From the IMG/VR virus record IMGVR_UViG_3300037137_000910, positions 1 to 42,418 of that record: DNA of 42,418 bases; one strand, given 5' to 3'. The notes below the pieces were generated by a model. That model was given only the letters and a program-made list of their open reading frames with translations. It had not been told where the DNA came from and did no database searches. Below are positions 32,409-41,678 of the stretch, one piece after another. Every line of letters begins with the position of its first letter. Within the stretch, counting starts at the first letter, position 1. This DNA comes from a virus. Its lineage: Duplodnaviria; Caudoviricetes. A program made the translations under genes and the position numbers.

Positions 32409-34946
32409 TTAGATGGCCTCGGTGTACCCTACAGCGGCCCGGATAACCGTCGCCAGCGTGTCCTTTGCGATTACTTGCGGCTCGGCTACGCTAACCCGCA
32501 AGCCGAAGACGCGGGCGCTCCAGTTGACCCCGGAGCCGTCCGCCCCGGACATAAGCTCCTGTTTCAGCGCCTCCACAAAGTTTGACGGGGCGGTTAGATC
32601 GTCGCTGGCCGACTGGTCAAACGCCTGCACTACCGTCAGTTCCGCAGTGAACCTGCCTTGTGAATGCTCCCGGGTAAGGGGTGTCAACTCGTAGGGCACG
32701 TATCGGCAGTAGACCACCGGGCCGGTAGCGAGTATGCCGGACAGCGGCGCGGCGTCGGTATGCAGGAACCGGCCGCGCTTGACGTGATCGGCCAGATTGC
32801 CGGAGACCGCCGCGGCCAGCGTTGCGCTATTAAGAATCGCCACGTATAGGTCGGCAAGGAACTTGGTATAGGAGCCGGAGGCGGTGCTTGCCGCCGGCCC
32901 CGCGGTGAACACTTTGATATTTGAGAAGCTGCGCCCGCCGGTTGCATCTTGGCTGTACGCGCAGACAAGGTAGGTGACGCCGGCGGTTAGGCCGGTTTTA
33001 TCCACTACGCCGTCGCCGGTTCGGGAGCCACCGGAAAGCCAGGTGTTCCCCGCGTCGGCGAAGGTGGAGTATAGCACCTGATTAGTAACCCCCGCGTCGC
33101 CGTCAATCGTGACGCGCATGGACGTGTCAGTCAGCCGCGCGACGGTGATATCCGGCGCGTTGGGGTAGGTGACGGGTCCGCCGCCGGCGAATTCGCCGAC
33201 CAGTGCGTTGTTATGGATTTTGTAGCCTGTACCGTCTTCGACGTGCGCGATTCCGGGGTCAACGTTGCGGGTCGCTTCGTCGGCGGCGGAGTAAATCTTG
33301 TCTCCGGTACCGACGCGGCTAACGTTGAGTTGCAACCAAGCCGCCGGCCCCCCGTTGGCCGGACTCGGGACAGCGGAAAGCGGGGTCACTACGGTATTCC
33401 GGCTGGCTTCATCTGCCGCCGAATATATTTTATCCCCCGTGCCAACCTTGCTTGCCCCGAGTTGCGTCCATGCCGCCGGGCCGCCATTCGCAGGGCTGGG
33501 GACCGCAGAGAGCGGCGTAACGACCGTGTTCCGCGTCCCCTCCAATGTGGCGTAGGCCGCGTCTGTGGCGACCAGGTTGGAGAGGTCGCCAGTCAGGCCC
33601 AGCCCGAAGGCGACGGGGCGGACGTTGCCGACCCCGAGGTTGGCGATATTCCAGTTTCCGCCGGCCGTGCTAACCACTTGGTTGCCGGTATGTGCCTCAG
33701 CCACTTCCGTACCCGTCACCGCGCCGGCAAAGTTGGTAAAGTTGACCGAGGACTGAGCGCCAGTCGGCCACGTCACCCCGAAGGCGTTGACCGTGCCCTC
33801 GTAGGCGCCGATTGAGGGCGTGGTCGCGTGGCGGGCGTTGCCTTTGATGTCGGTCGCGTCGGTCGTGTCCGCGCCGGCATGCCAAAGGACCGAGGAGGTC
33901 CGGATGCCATAGCCAGCGTCGAAGAAGCCGTTGTCGTTCTCGTTGTAGAACGCCAGTTGCGCGCGGGTCAGGGAATTCAGGCCAGCCTCGGAGCCGGTCG
34001 CATCGGTCGCGGCGCACTTGGTGTAGGTGCCGTTGGTCTTGGTCGCATAGCAACTGCCCGCGCAGTCGAACACAAGGTTATTAGTATAAGTAACACTCTT
34101 AGACGCATTGGCGATGCCCGTGTTGGTCCGGCCGATGGTGCAGTGCGATACGGTACTGGCCGCACCGGTATTGTTGCCGAATGTAATCCCCGAACTGCCG
34201 CCGCCCATTGCGAAATCGGTCAAGACACACTCGGAAAAAACGAAAGTCACAGCCAGAGTAACCGTCGAGTAGTCACCGAAGAAGCCGCCCGCGCCACCCG
34301 AGTACATCATCCGGCTAAAGGTAATCCCGCCGCCGGCGGTCCCCCCGGTGGCCTTCCAATAGAACGCGGCGGAGACATATCTCTCCCCTACCATCGTCAG
34401 GTTTTGCCAAGTCACTGCCGCCGTGCCGCTGAGGTCGTCACCAGCATACCAAAAATAAGATGTGGCCGAGTTGCCAAGGCTTATCTGCTGATTGGCCCGG
34501 CCGCCCCAACAGGAGAATACCTTGTTGGTTGCGCCGACCGAACCATTATTCAACATCGATCCGAGCGTATCCCGGTCCCACAGAATGCAGGTGTCGCCAT
34601 TGTTGGCCGCTGACACTATCGCCGCCCGCGCCAAATTGAACGACGTGTAGTAGTAGACCGTGGATTGCCGCTGCGGCGAGAAGCGGTGGGTGTTCAGCCA
34701 CGTGGACCCGGAATAGGTCAGGTCCACGTCAATGTAGAAGCCGGCGGCCTCGGTCCCACCAGTCGCCAGAATCGCGGCGCTCTCCGGTGTCCCGAGGGAC
34801 ACATTGGCAACGTAGTGAGAGGTGGTCAGCGCGGCTTGCAGAACGCGGTCCAGCGCCCAAGCCGGCCAGGTGATTCTCATCTTGCCGTCGCCGCGGTCGC
34901 TCGTGGCGCAGACGGGCGGGTAGCCGGCGATGTAATCGTTACCCAT
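32409..34946 (-). CDS. 845-aa virion protein: beta-helix + 44-aa repeats + FN3 + tail-terminator-like C-terminus
   Basis: Asn/Thr/Gly beta-helix ladder ending DIKGNAR..TPSIGAYE; FN3 signature TGLTAGVTYLVCAYS; neck-region position. Confidence 0.65.
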   Translation of the reverse strand: MGNDYIAGYPPVCATSDRGDGKMRITWPAWALDRVLQAALTTSHYVANVSLGTPESAAILATGGTEAAGFYIDVDLTYSGSTWLNTHRFSPQRQSTVYYYTSFNLARAAIVSAANNGDTCILWDRDTLGSMLNNGSVGATNKVFSCWGGRANQQISLGNSATSYFWYAGDDLSGTAAVTWQNLTMVGERYVSAAFYWKATGGTAGGGITFSRMMYSGGAGGFFGDYSTVTLAVTFVFSECVLTDFAMGGGSSGITFGNNTGAASTVSHCTIGRTNTGIANASKSVTYTNNLVFDCAGSCYATKTNGTYTKCAATDATGSEAGLNSLTRAQLAFYNENDNGFFDAGYGIRTSSVLWHAGADTTDATDIKGNARHATTPSIGAYEGTVNAFGVTWPTGAQSSVNFTNFAGAVTGTEVAEAHTGNQVVSTAGGNWNIANLGVGNVRPVAFGLGLTGDLSNLVATDAAYATLEGTRNTVVTPLSAVPSPANGGPAAWTQLGASKVGTGDKIYSAADEASRNTVVTPLSAVPSPANGGPAAWLQLNVSRVGTGDKIYSAADEATRNVDPGIAHVEDGTGYKIHNNALVGEFAGGGPVTYPNAPDITVARLTDTSMRVTIDGDAGVTNQVLYSTFADAGNTWLSGGSRTGDGVVDKTGLTAGVTYLVCAYSQDATGGRSFSNIKVFTAGPAASTASGSYTKFLADLYVAILNSATLAAAVSGNLADHVKRGRFLHTDAAPLSGILATGPVVYCRYVPYELTPLTREHSQGRFTAELTVVQAFDQSASDDLTAPSNFVEALKQELMSGADGSGVNWSARVFGLRVSVAEPQVIAKDTLATVIRAAVGYTEAI
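33270..33533. repeat. Two 132-bp (44-aa) tandem repeats
   Basis: RNTVVTPLSAVPSPANGGPAAW.QL..S.VGTGDKIYSAADEA twice. Confidence 0.92.
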
Positions 34947-35290
34947 CAGCGCACCGGCTTCAACTTGCCGTCATCGGGAGCGGCCAGCAGGGCGTCGAGT
35001 TCGGCCTTGCCGACGACCTTCCCGGCGGCGATGTCCAGCACCGCGGCATCGGTGTAGCCGAGGTCCAGGAGCGCGGCGCGGAGCTTCGACGTGGCCGGGC
35101 CGGCGAGTTCGTCAACGATGGCCGGCAAGCCGAGCTGCGCGCGCACGTCGTCGGGCTCAAGGTCTTCCTCGGCCCAGGCGAAGGTCACCTTGTCGAGCCC
35201 GCCGAAGGGCCGCGCGGCCAGGTCCGCCTCGCAGCGGGCATCCAGCAAGTCGCCGGTCATCTTGTCGCGGAGCGTCTCGTAACGCATCAC
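34946..35290 (-). CDS. Hypothetical protein
   Basis: GAGGAGG RBS, coupled to the 845-aa gene. Confidence 0.65.
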   Translation of the reverse strand: MMRYETLRDKMTGDLLDARCEADLAARPFGGLDKVTFAWAEEDLEPDDVRAQLGLPAIVDELAGPATSKLRAALLDLGYTDAAVLDIAAGKVVGKAELDALLAAPDDGKLKPVR

Positions 35291-35440
35291 CCGCCCTCCT
35301 CGCCGAAGCGCTGGGGCTCGGGCAGGCCGGCCAGCAGCCGGCGGCGCTCGCCGGCGAGGGCCAGGTCGAGAGTCACGGGCTGACCTCCCCGAACTTGCGC
35401 GGGCTTGTCCCGAAAGCTCTACACTTGTGTATAAGTGTCA

Positions 35441-35686
35441 TTAGAATTTCCCTCGGGCGCTGCCGGGCTTGCCGCCCTCGGCCTCGTAGGATCGTGACGC
35501 GCGGAGTTGCACATAGACGCCGCACTTGGGACAGCGGACCTCTGCGGACGCCCCCTCAATCAGCGCATAGGCGCTTACCGCCTCCCCGCACTGACAGGCA
35601 AAGGACAGCCGCGGGCCGCCGTTGTCATTCTCGAAGCGCGCGACAACGGGGAGCGGGCCGGGCATTCTCACGTTATCACTTTCCAA
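35441..35686 (-). CDS. Com-like zinc-ribbon protein
   Basis: FACQCG...EVRCPKCG. Confidence 0.55.
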   Translation of the reverse strand: MESDNVRMPGPLPVVARFENDNGGPRLSFACQCGEAVSAYALIEGASAEVRCPKCGVYVQLRASRSYEAEGGKPGSARGKF

Positions 35687-35960
35687 ACTTCAGCCACCCC
35701 AAGACGGCCAGCGCAACCGCTCCGCAAGCCGCCCAAAGCGCCTTGACCTTGACCGTGCAACCGGAACAGCGCTTTTCGATCTCAGTAAGCCGCGTTTCGT
35801 GCCGGCCGACAAGAAGTGCCTGGTCAACCTGATTGCCCTCTATTCGGTCAAGCACTTCGATTACGTGCTGGTTGACCCGCGCTTGCGGGGCTTTCGCCAG
35901 CGACTCCATTTCCTGAAAGGTCAGTTTCGTAGCAGCCACGGTCAAGCCTTCGGCGGGCAA
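35676..35960 (-). CDS. Holin-like protein (coiled coil + C-terminal TM)
   Basis: HETRLTEIEK followed by LWAACGAVALAVLGWL. Confidence 0.5.
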   Translation of the reverse strand: MPAEGLTVAATKLTFQEMESLAKAPQARVNQHVIEVLDRIEGNQVDQALLVGRHETRLTEIEKRCSGCTVKVKALWAACGAVALAVLGWLKFGK

Positions 35961-36568
35961 GCCGGCGTCGGGTCGAGCGTCTGCACAAGCGCGTGGAGCG
36001 CGTCGGCATTGCCGTCGGCCAGCGCCTGAGTCGCCACTACCTGTTTGATTTCAAGCGGGCTGGTGTCCGGGAGCGCGTTATAGTCCCTGATGGCCTTGAC
36101 CAGCGTGGTCCCGACAGCCCCGGCGGCCTGGATAGCACCCTTGGCCAGCGGGTAGCGGCCCACCGCCAACCCAGCCGCCCCGGTGATAATCGCCGCCCAC
36201 GGAATCTGCCAGTACCACTTGAGCCCGTCAGCAGCGGCTTTCTCGCGCGCGGCAGCCAAGTCCTTGACCGCCTGCACGTCGGCGTTGACCTTCGCCTCTG
36301 CGGCGATAAGCGCCGGGGCCAACGTGGCGAGCTGGTCAATGACCGCCTGCGTGACGGGCACCCCGGCCGTGACCTTGAGCACGATGGCGTCGTACTCGGC
36401 CTTGAGCGCCTTGTGGGCGTCCACGTGGGCCTGCGCCTGCTTGAGGAGGTCGGCGGTCTTGGACTCAAGGGCGGCGATCTGCGCCACTGCCGCGGGGGTC
36501 AGCCGCTGGCATCCGCCAGTCAAGCAAAGCGCCCCAGCCAGGACCGCCAGTAAAGCAAACTTTCTCAC
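35942..36568 (-). CDS. Lipoprotein with coiled coil and C-proximal TM (spanin-like)
   Basis: RKFALLAVLAGALCLTGG-C lipobox from GTG 36568; WYWQIPWAAIITGAAGLAVG hydrophobic segment. Confidence 0.6.
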   Translation of the reverse strand: MRKFALLAVLAGALCLTGGCQRLTPAAVAQIAALESKTADLLKQAQAHVDAHKALKAEYDAIVLKVTAGVPVTQAVIDQLATLAPALIAAEAKVNADVQAVKDLAAAREKAAADGLKWYWQIPWAAIITGAAGLAVGRYPLAKGAIQAAGAVGTTLVKAIRDYNALPDTSPLEIKQVVATQALADGNADALHALVQTLDPTPACPPKA

Positions 36569-36671
36569 TTGTGCCCCCTTCGCTTTTGCCGCTTCCGCGG
36601 CCCGCCCTTGGCAATCAGTAGCCGGATACGCAACCGCGTCTTCAGGCGTACCCACTCGCGCTTTAGCCATT

Positions 36672-37106
36672 TCAAGGCCCAGCCCGGCGAACGAGTTTCG
36701 CAAGCGCCGTGACGTTGTAGACGGCCTCCAGGCCGGTCATATCCCAAGAGCCCTCTCCGGCCGGCACGGTATAGTACCTGTCGGCCGCGGTAACTTGGTT
36801 AACCCACCGGATGATGTCATTTTCAGAGATAGCCCCGGTGAACGCGCCGGTCCCGGCCCGCGCGTCTGCGGCTTGCCGCGGAATCTCAAAGCGCCGCCGT
36901 TCCGGCTCCACCACCAGCCCGCTTACCATGTGCGGGTTAGTCGAATCCTGGTCAGTCAAGCACCACAGGATCACCTCGGCCTCACCGTCATGGGCAAGGC
37001 CGATTTGGGAGCCTAGCGCCTTTGCGGTTGCCAGCGCCGCGGCGGCGATAGCGTCGCGTATCGCGTTGCGCGCGTGACCGTCGAGCAAGGTAGCCGGCGC
37101 GGCCAT
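36672..37106 (-). CDS. Head closure / stopper-like protein
   Basis: Size and position after the adaptor. Confidence 0.45.
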   Translation of the reverse strand: MAAPATLLDGHARNAIRDAIAAAALATAKALGSQIGLAHDGEAEVILWCLTDQDSTNPHMVSGLVVEPERRRFEIPRQAADARAGTGAFTGAISENDIIRWVNQVTAADRYYTVPAGEGSWDMTGLEAVYNVTALAKLVRRAGP

Positions 37107-37525
37107 TAGCGCACCAATCGGCCCGTGCTGTCGCCGGAGCCGTCAAGCGGCTTGACGATATCCGGGGGTGCCTCTTCAATTTCAATGCCGACCAGCTTGC
37201 AGATTTCGGAGCGGAAGTATTCAATTTCCTTGGCGTAGTCAATGTTTGCGCCGTAGGCCCCGCCGACCACCTTGAGGCTCGGGTTGCTCTTGCGGGCAGT
37301 ATAGGCGTCGAGGTAGGTTGCCAGTTCCGCCAGTGCGCCAGCAGAGAGCGCGGTCAGCCGGGTGTCAATGTACCCCTTGGCGGTGGAGTACGTCCAGATA
37401 ATGGAGGTGGTTTTGATGTCGAAGACGCTAAACCAATTCCACCGGACGCGATAGCGCGTATTGCCCTCCCCCTTCAGGCCGACGGCAAGGTAGCACTGCT
37501 GGGTTTCAGAAGCGGTAAGCGCCAT
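37106..37525 (-). CDS. Head-tail adaptor-like protein
   Basis: MALT..E start, helical, first structural gene after the glycan cluster. Confidence 0.5.
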   Translation of the reverse strand: MALTASETQQCYLAVGLKGEGNTRYRVRWNWFSVFDIKTTSIIWTYSTAKGYIDTRLTALSAGALAELATYLDAYTARKSNPSLKVVGGAYGANIDYAKEIEYFRSEICKLVGIEIEEAPPDIVKPLDGSGDSTGRLVR

Positions 37526-37526
37526 G

Positions 37527-38132
37527 TCAGATTCTCCCCAAGTGAACGGCTAGATAGTTCCGGGCGCGCGCGGGGTCCGGCGTTTCAGACACATACCGGA
37601 GCACCTGGCCGCCGGCGGCGCGCGCCATGGCGGCTATCTGCTCGCGGGCAAAGGTGGAGCGCGCGTCAATCATCGCGTGAACCTCCGGGATAGACATTCG
37701 CGGGTCCGGCCCGGTCGGCTCGTTAAAGTGCAGGGCGAAGATACCGCCCGGCAAGAGCGCCGGGATAACCCCGCAGAGTTGCGCTTGTAGGGCTTCGGCC
37801 GGCATGTGCGGGCTAACCCAATAGGACAGCGCCAGGTCAAAGGCGTTCCCCGGCAAGTGCCGCGGGTCAAGGTAGCCGGGAACCGGGACGCGCCGCAAGG
37901 CTTCGGGGCAGATATCCAGGGCGGAGCACAGCCAGCCGCCGCGCGTCAGTTCCCGTATCCACTCGCCGGTGCCGACGCCGATGCATAGTATCCGCGCGCC
38001 GGGCTGTACCAGCGGGCCGACGCCCAGGAACTCAATGTGCGTCTGGAGCGTGGAGCCCGACAGCGCCCCCGAGTCGCCGGGTTGGCAATGCACCCGCGCC
38101 CAATAGGCGGCGAGTTCGGCCTTGACGTTCAC
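37527..38132 (-). CDS. Class I SAM-dependent methyltransferase
   Basis: ILCIGVGTG, ALDIC, FDLA, LLPGG. Confidence 0.85.
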   Translation of the reverse strand: MNVKAELAAYWARVHCQPGDSGALSGSTLQTHIEFLGVGPLVQPGARILCIGVGTGEWIRELTRGGWLCSALDICPEALRRVPVPGYLDPRHLPGNAFDLALSYWVSPHMPAEALQAQLCGVIPALLPGGIFALHFNEPTGPDPRMSIPEVHAMIDARSTFAREQIAAMARAAGGQVLRYVSETPDPARARNYLAVHLGRI

Positions 38133-38785
38133 GCGGCCACCTTCGGCCATACGGGCTTACCATCGTCGCCGTAGATTTGGCCCACGAAGCCATCGTAAGG
38201 CGGGTGCGCGGGGAACGGCTCGGCCGACCATTGCAACGGCACAATGGAGCTATGCGTCAAGAGGCTCCTGGATACGTGCGGGTAGATAGCCGATTCCATG
38301 AAGCGCTGATCGTCCATGTAAGACGCCGACTGACCGCAGCGGGTCGTAACCGCGCCGTAGAGCGCAATGGGGATCGCCAGTTCCTTGATACCCCACATGC
38401 CCCCCATAATCGGAACGCTCCGGTGATACGGGTGGTCATGCATGGAGTGGGCGGTTTTGCCGGAGTCAAGCCAAGCTTTGACGGCGGCGGCCTCCCGGAC
38501 GTTCAAGCGGCTATCGGCATCGCGGAAGATGATGTGACTTGCCGCGGGGGCATCCCAAATCGCCAGGAGCCGCCAGAACATGCCGGAAGCCCCGAGGCTC
38601 GGCCCCATGCGTACAACGTGGACGCCTAGCCGCTCCAGTTCGGTCCCGTCCAGCCCTTGCTCCAGGTATACGCGCATGTGCCAGTCCGGATAGACCGTCG
38701 GCCAGAGCCGGGCGTTTTCGACGGCGCCCTGGATATAGCGCGGGGCGTCGCCATAGACGCAGAACGAAATGATTTTGAGGCTCAT
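38129..38785 (-). CDS. Putative DxD glycosyltransferase
   Basis: IISFCVYG, MFWRLL, FRDADSRL, HDHPYH..PIMGGMWG, DQ. Confidence 0.65.
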   Translation of the reverse strand: MSLKIISFCVYGDAPRYIQGAVENARLWPTVYPDWHMRVYLEQGLDGTELERLGVHVVRMGPSLGASGMFWRLLAIWDAPAASHIIFRDADSRLNVREAAAVKAWLDSGKTAHSMHDHPYHRSVPIMGGMWGIKELAIPIALYGAVTTRCGQSASYMDDQRFMESAIYPHVSRSLLTHSSIVPLQWSAEPFPAHPPYDGFVGQIYGDDGKPVWPKVAA

Positions 38786-39441
38786 GGCCGCGCCTCGAAG
38801 AGCCGGTTGCCGATGGTGGTTGCGTGGAGCCGATAGCCTAGCTCCACAAGGTATTCGTCGGGGCACTTCGCCAGGCTCGCCGGGCGGCTGGCCCACTTCT
38901 CGGTCATAATCGGATTGGTGGTAAACCCGCCCTCCACGCAGACAAGGCGTGGGCGGTAGCGCTTCCAGTCGAGGGTTTGCAGGACTATCAGGTCGTAGCC
39001 TTCGCAATCCACGGTGAGGAAGTCAATGTGCCGGTCCTTGGCGTGTTCGTCGAGGATTTCGGTCAGCGGGGCCAGGGTAGTAACCTGTTCTATGAACGTC
39101 GCGCCATACTGGCCGATGCAGCGGTCCCGCCACTCGGGGTCAAGCGTGGAGAATTGCGCGCGGGAGGGCAGCGGCTCGGTGTAGAGCGTCGCCATGTGGC
39201 GGTAGGGGCCGACGGCTAGGTTAACGCAGGTAACGTCGGGGCGGTCCCTGTACTTCGCGGCCAGCGCGGCAAAGGGCAGCGCCGACGGTTCAATAAGCAA
39301 CCCGCTCCACCCGCGCGCCAGTAGCTCCTCACTGCAAGAATTCAGGTGCCCGTCGTTAGCTCCCACGTCTACCACGAAGCCCCGCGGGGTGTCCTTGAAA
39401 TAGGCCGCAAGCACGGCGTCTTCTGTGTATTGACTAGGCAC
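38782..39441 (-). CDS. FkbM-family methyltransferase
   Basis: SQYTED, VDVGANDG, GWSGLLIEP, IDFLTVDCEGYD, RPRLVCVE. Confidence 0.92.
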   Translation of the reverse strand: MPSQYTEDAVLAAYFKDTPRGFVVDVGANDGHLNSCSEELLARGWSGLLIEPSALPFAALAAKYRDRPDVTCVNLAVGPYRHMATLYTEPLPSRAQFSTLDPEWRDRCIGQYGATFIEQVTTLAPLTEILDEHAKDRHIDFLTVDCEGYDLIVLQTLDWKRYRPRLVCVEGGFTTNPIMTEKWASRPASLAKCPDEYLVELGYRLHATTIGNRLFEARP

Positions 39442-40228
39442 AGGCCGCGATCCTTTCGCGCCAGTAGCCGAGCGTTAGCTTGTGCATGGCGGGGGCGTCG
39501 AAGCGGGCGGCAAGCACCGGGCGCTCCGCCGCAAGCCGCTCCGGTGTCACTTCGGCCCAATCGTCAACCAGCAGGGCCGGCATGTCATCTAGGACCTTCA
39601 TGGCCCGTGACCGCTTGACCACGGGGATACTGCCGAGCGCTATGGCCTCCCAATGCCGGTGACAGTCGGGGCCGGCTCCGGGCGGCGAAAGCACGTAGTC
39701 ACAGGCGGCGATATCGGCGTAGAACTTTTCGGGCGGGACTTGATGGGCAGTCAAAACCCAATCCCGCCAGGCGGGCCGGGCGAAGTGATACCACGTATTC
39801 AGCCGGTCGGCCATCGGCCCGTAGGCTTTGTGATGCTTGCAGAAGTTGACATAAAGCGCGGCCTTGGCTGGCGGGCGCGGCTGGCGGGCTTGCTTGACCA
39901 GACAACCGAGCATGTCAGCGGAGGAGATGAACCCGATAGGCAGGGCCTCTACCCGCGGGCTGGCGGTGTCTACGTTGTTTGAGAACCAGCGAAGCACGTT
40001 GGCCGGGAGTGCCGCGGCTACGGTGTCCGTTACTGAGGCGTCACTGAAAGAGGAGAGCAGAACGCAAGGCCCGCCACGGGCCAGGGCATCAAGGTTCTTG
40101 CCGACGAAGTGCGTCCGGCAATACCGCACGGCCCCGGAGTCGGGGACCGTCTCCGCGCGATGATCCGCGCCGGCCAGATCGGCAACCCGCTGGCAGTCTA
40201 TCCAGTCGGCTTGCCAGTCGAGGTTCAC
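39434..40228 (-). CDS. Exostosin/GT47-like glycosyltransferase
   Basis: LPIG, LYVNF, YVLSPPGAGPDCHRHWEAIALGSIPVV, PALLVDDW. Confidence 0.82.
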   Translation of the reverse strand: MNLDWQADWIDCQRVADLAGADHRAETVPDSGAVRYCRTHFVGKNLDALARGGPCVLLSSFSDASVTDTVAAALPANVLRWFSNNVDTASPRVEALPIGFISSADMLGCLVKQARQPRPPAKAALYVNFCKHHKAYGPMADRLNTWYHFARPAWRDWVLTAHQVPPEKFYADIAACDYVLSPPGAGPDCHRHWEAIALGSIPVVKRSRAMKVLDDMPALLVDDWAEVTPERLAAERPVLAARFDAPAMHKLTLGYWRERIAACA

Positions 40229-40998
40229 TTGTAGCGTTCCTTGAAAGCGACGGAGAGATTGGAGTGCCGATCCCATTGATGAATAACGCAGGGGATACCC
40301 GCTTCGTTATGAAGCAGGCCGTTGGCATCCGGGGTCAGCGACTCGCGCGGCAGATAGCCGACGGTGTAGACCGGCCCCTTCTCATTCTCCCAAATCGTAC
40401 AATTTGGCTCTGCGGTGTAGAAGCCGACTTCATGCTGCGCCTGGTCAGTCAGCATGAGGTTATGGCCCTTGCGCGGCCCCTTGAAAATCCGGTCCCAAAG
40501 GCGGAAGCAGTAGGTCGCGACTTCGGCCCCGCCGCCGGCGATAGTGCCGGAGCAGATGATAGGCTTCGTGTGCAGCCGGGTCAGCATTTCCGGGCCGAAG
40601 TAGCCGGTGACGGCTGGGCCGTTATACGGGCAGTCACCGATGGTCATTAGGCGGCATTCCTCGAAGGAATGCAGGCCGGTTGCGGGCATGTTCTTGGCCG
40701 GGTCGGTTTGCCAGATAAGGTCGCGGAGGTCGCAGACGATAACCTGATCCGGCATTTGCGGGAGGTCGCGGAGGTAAATCCAGTATTCGCGGAAGCGGAC
40801 GTTGCCGACGTGGAAGTCGGCGGGCACGATGAACGGGAGCCACTTGACGCGCAGGCCCTTGAAGCATGGCCAGTTAGCCGAGCCGTCACCCAACAGGACA
40901 AGTTCCCCCGCGTAGCCTGTGCGGGCAAGGGACACGGCGAAGGGGCGGACCTGCTCCTCGGTGTAGTGCGTTGCGGCGGCCAGGATGATGCTTGTCAC
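40225..40998 (-). CDS. GT-A fold glycosyltransferase (PLOD-GT-like)
   Basis: VCDLRDLIWQTDP, ICSGTIAG, DQ, IHQWDR. Confidence 0.75.
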   Translation of the reverse strand: MTSIILAAATHYTEEQVRPFAVSLARTGYAGELVLLGDGSANWPCFKGLRVKWLPFIVPADFHVGNVRFREYWIYLRDLPQMPDQVIVCDLRDLIWQTDPAKNMPATGLHSFEECRLMTIGDCPYNGPAVTGYFGPEMLTRLHTKPIICSGTIAGGGAEVATYCFRLWDRIFKGPRKGHNLMLTDQAQHEVGFYTAEPNCTIWENEKGPVYTVGYLPRESLTPDANGLLHNEAGIPCVIHQWDRHSNLSVAFKERYK

Positions 40999-41678
40999 TT
41001 GCCCGCCTCCTGCACAAACTTTGCCAGTTGCCGATAGCCGTCAAGCCAGTTGGGGGTATTGGCGTCGTAAATCCAGTGGAGCGTTACCGGGGCGCCGCAG
41101 GGCTCGAAGTTGTTAACCACGTCCCAGATGCGCCCGTAGCTGCGGCCGGAAAGGCTCAGAACGATGGACAGGCGACCGGGCTTGAGGTGCCGCAACCCGG
41201 CGGAATCGGCAACTTCGTTCATCCCGTGTACCCACTGGACGCGCGTATTCCCGAGCATGTCAAGCAGTGGCTGGGTGTAGACGTTGAACGGGCAGATGAA
41301 ATGCCGGGGATCGTATCGGGTTATGCGCTCCATGATGGCGTCGCACTTATCATATTTGGCGCGGAGCGTTGCGGCGTCGGCGTCGCCGAACTCGCCTTTG
41401 CCGCCCGGACCCCACAGGACGCCGACCTTTTTCCAATCGCCCGGCCAGCTAAAGCCGTGGTCGAAGCCGTGCATGACCGCCGCGCCCGTCGGGCCGAGGT
41501 GCTTATTGAGCCAGGCAACGTCAAAGCCCGAGTCGAGCAACAGCGGCGAAACCCCGAGGATATACTGGACGCCGGCGGCGTTGAAAATGTCCAGCGGCTT
41601 CTCCAGCCAGATATAGTCAACGTCGCGGCCCCGATGCCCGTTGGGGAAATCGTCAAGGCGGATTAGCGGGGCGGTCAT
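40995..41678 (-). CDS. Polysaccharide deacetylase-like (CE4/DUF2334)
   Basis: IRLDD, MHGFDH, FICPFN, TLHW. Confidence 0.8.
   Translation of the reverse strand: MTAPLIRLDDFPNGHRGRDVDYIWLEKPLDIFNAAGVQYILGVSPLLLDSGFDVAWLNKHLGPTGAAVMHGFDHGFSWPGDWKKVGVLWGPGGKGEFGDADAATLRAKYDKCDAIMERITRYDPRHFICPFNVYTQPLLDMLGNTRVQWVHGMNEVADSAGLRHLKPGRLSIVLSLSGRSYGRIWDVVNNFEPCGAPVTLHWIYDANTPNWLDGYRQLAKFVQEAGK

Noticed and set aside
35424-35451. dif/Xer attachment site
   Set aside because: Only ATAA-N6-TTA matches; the XerD arm consensus is absent, so not annotated
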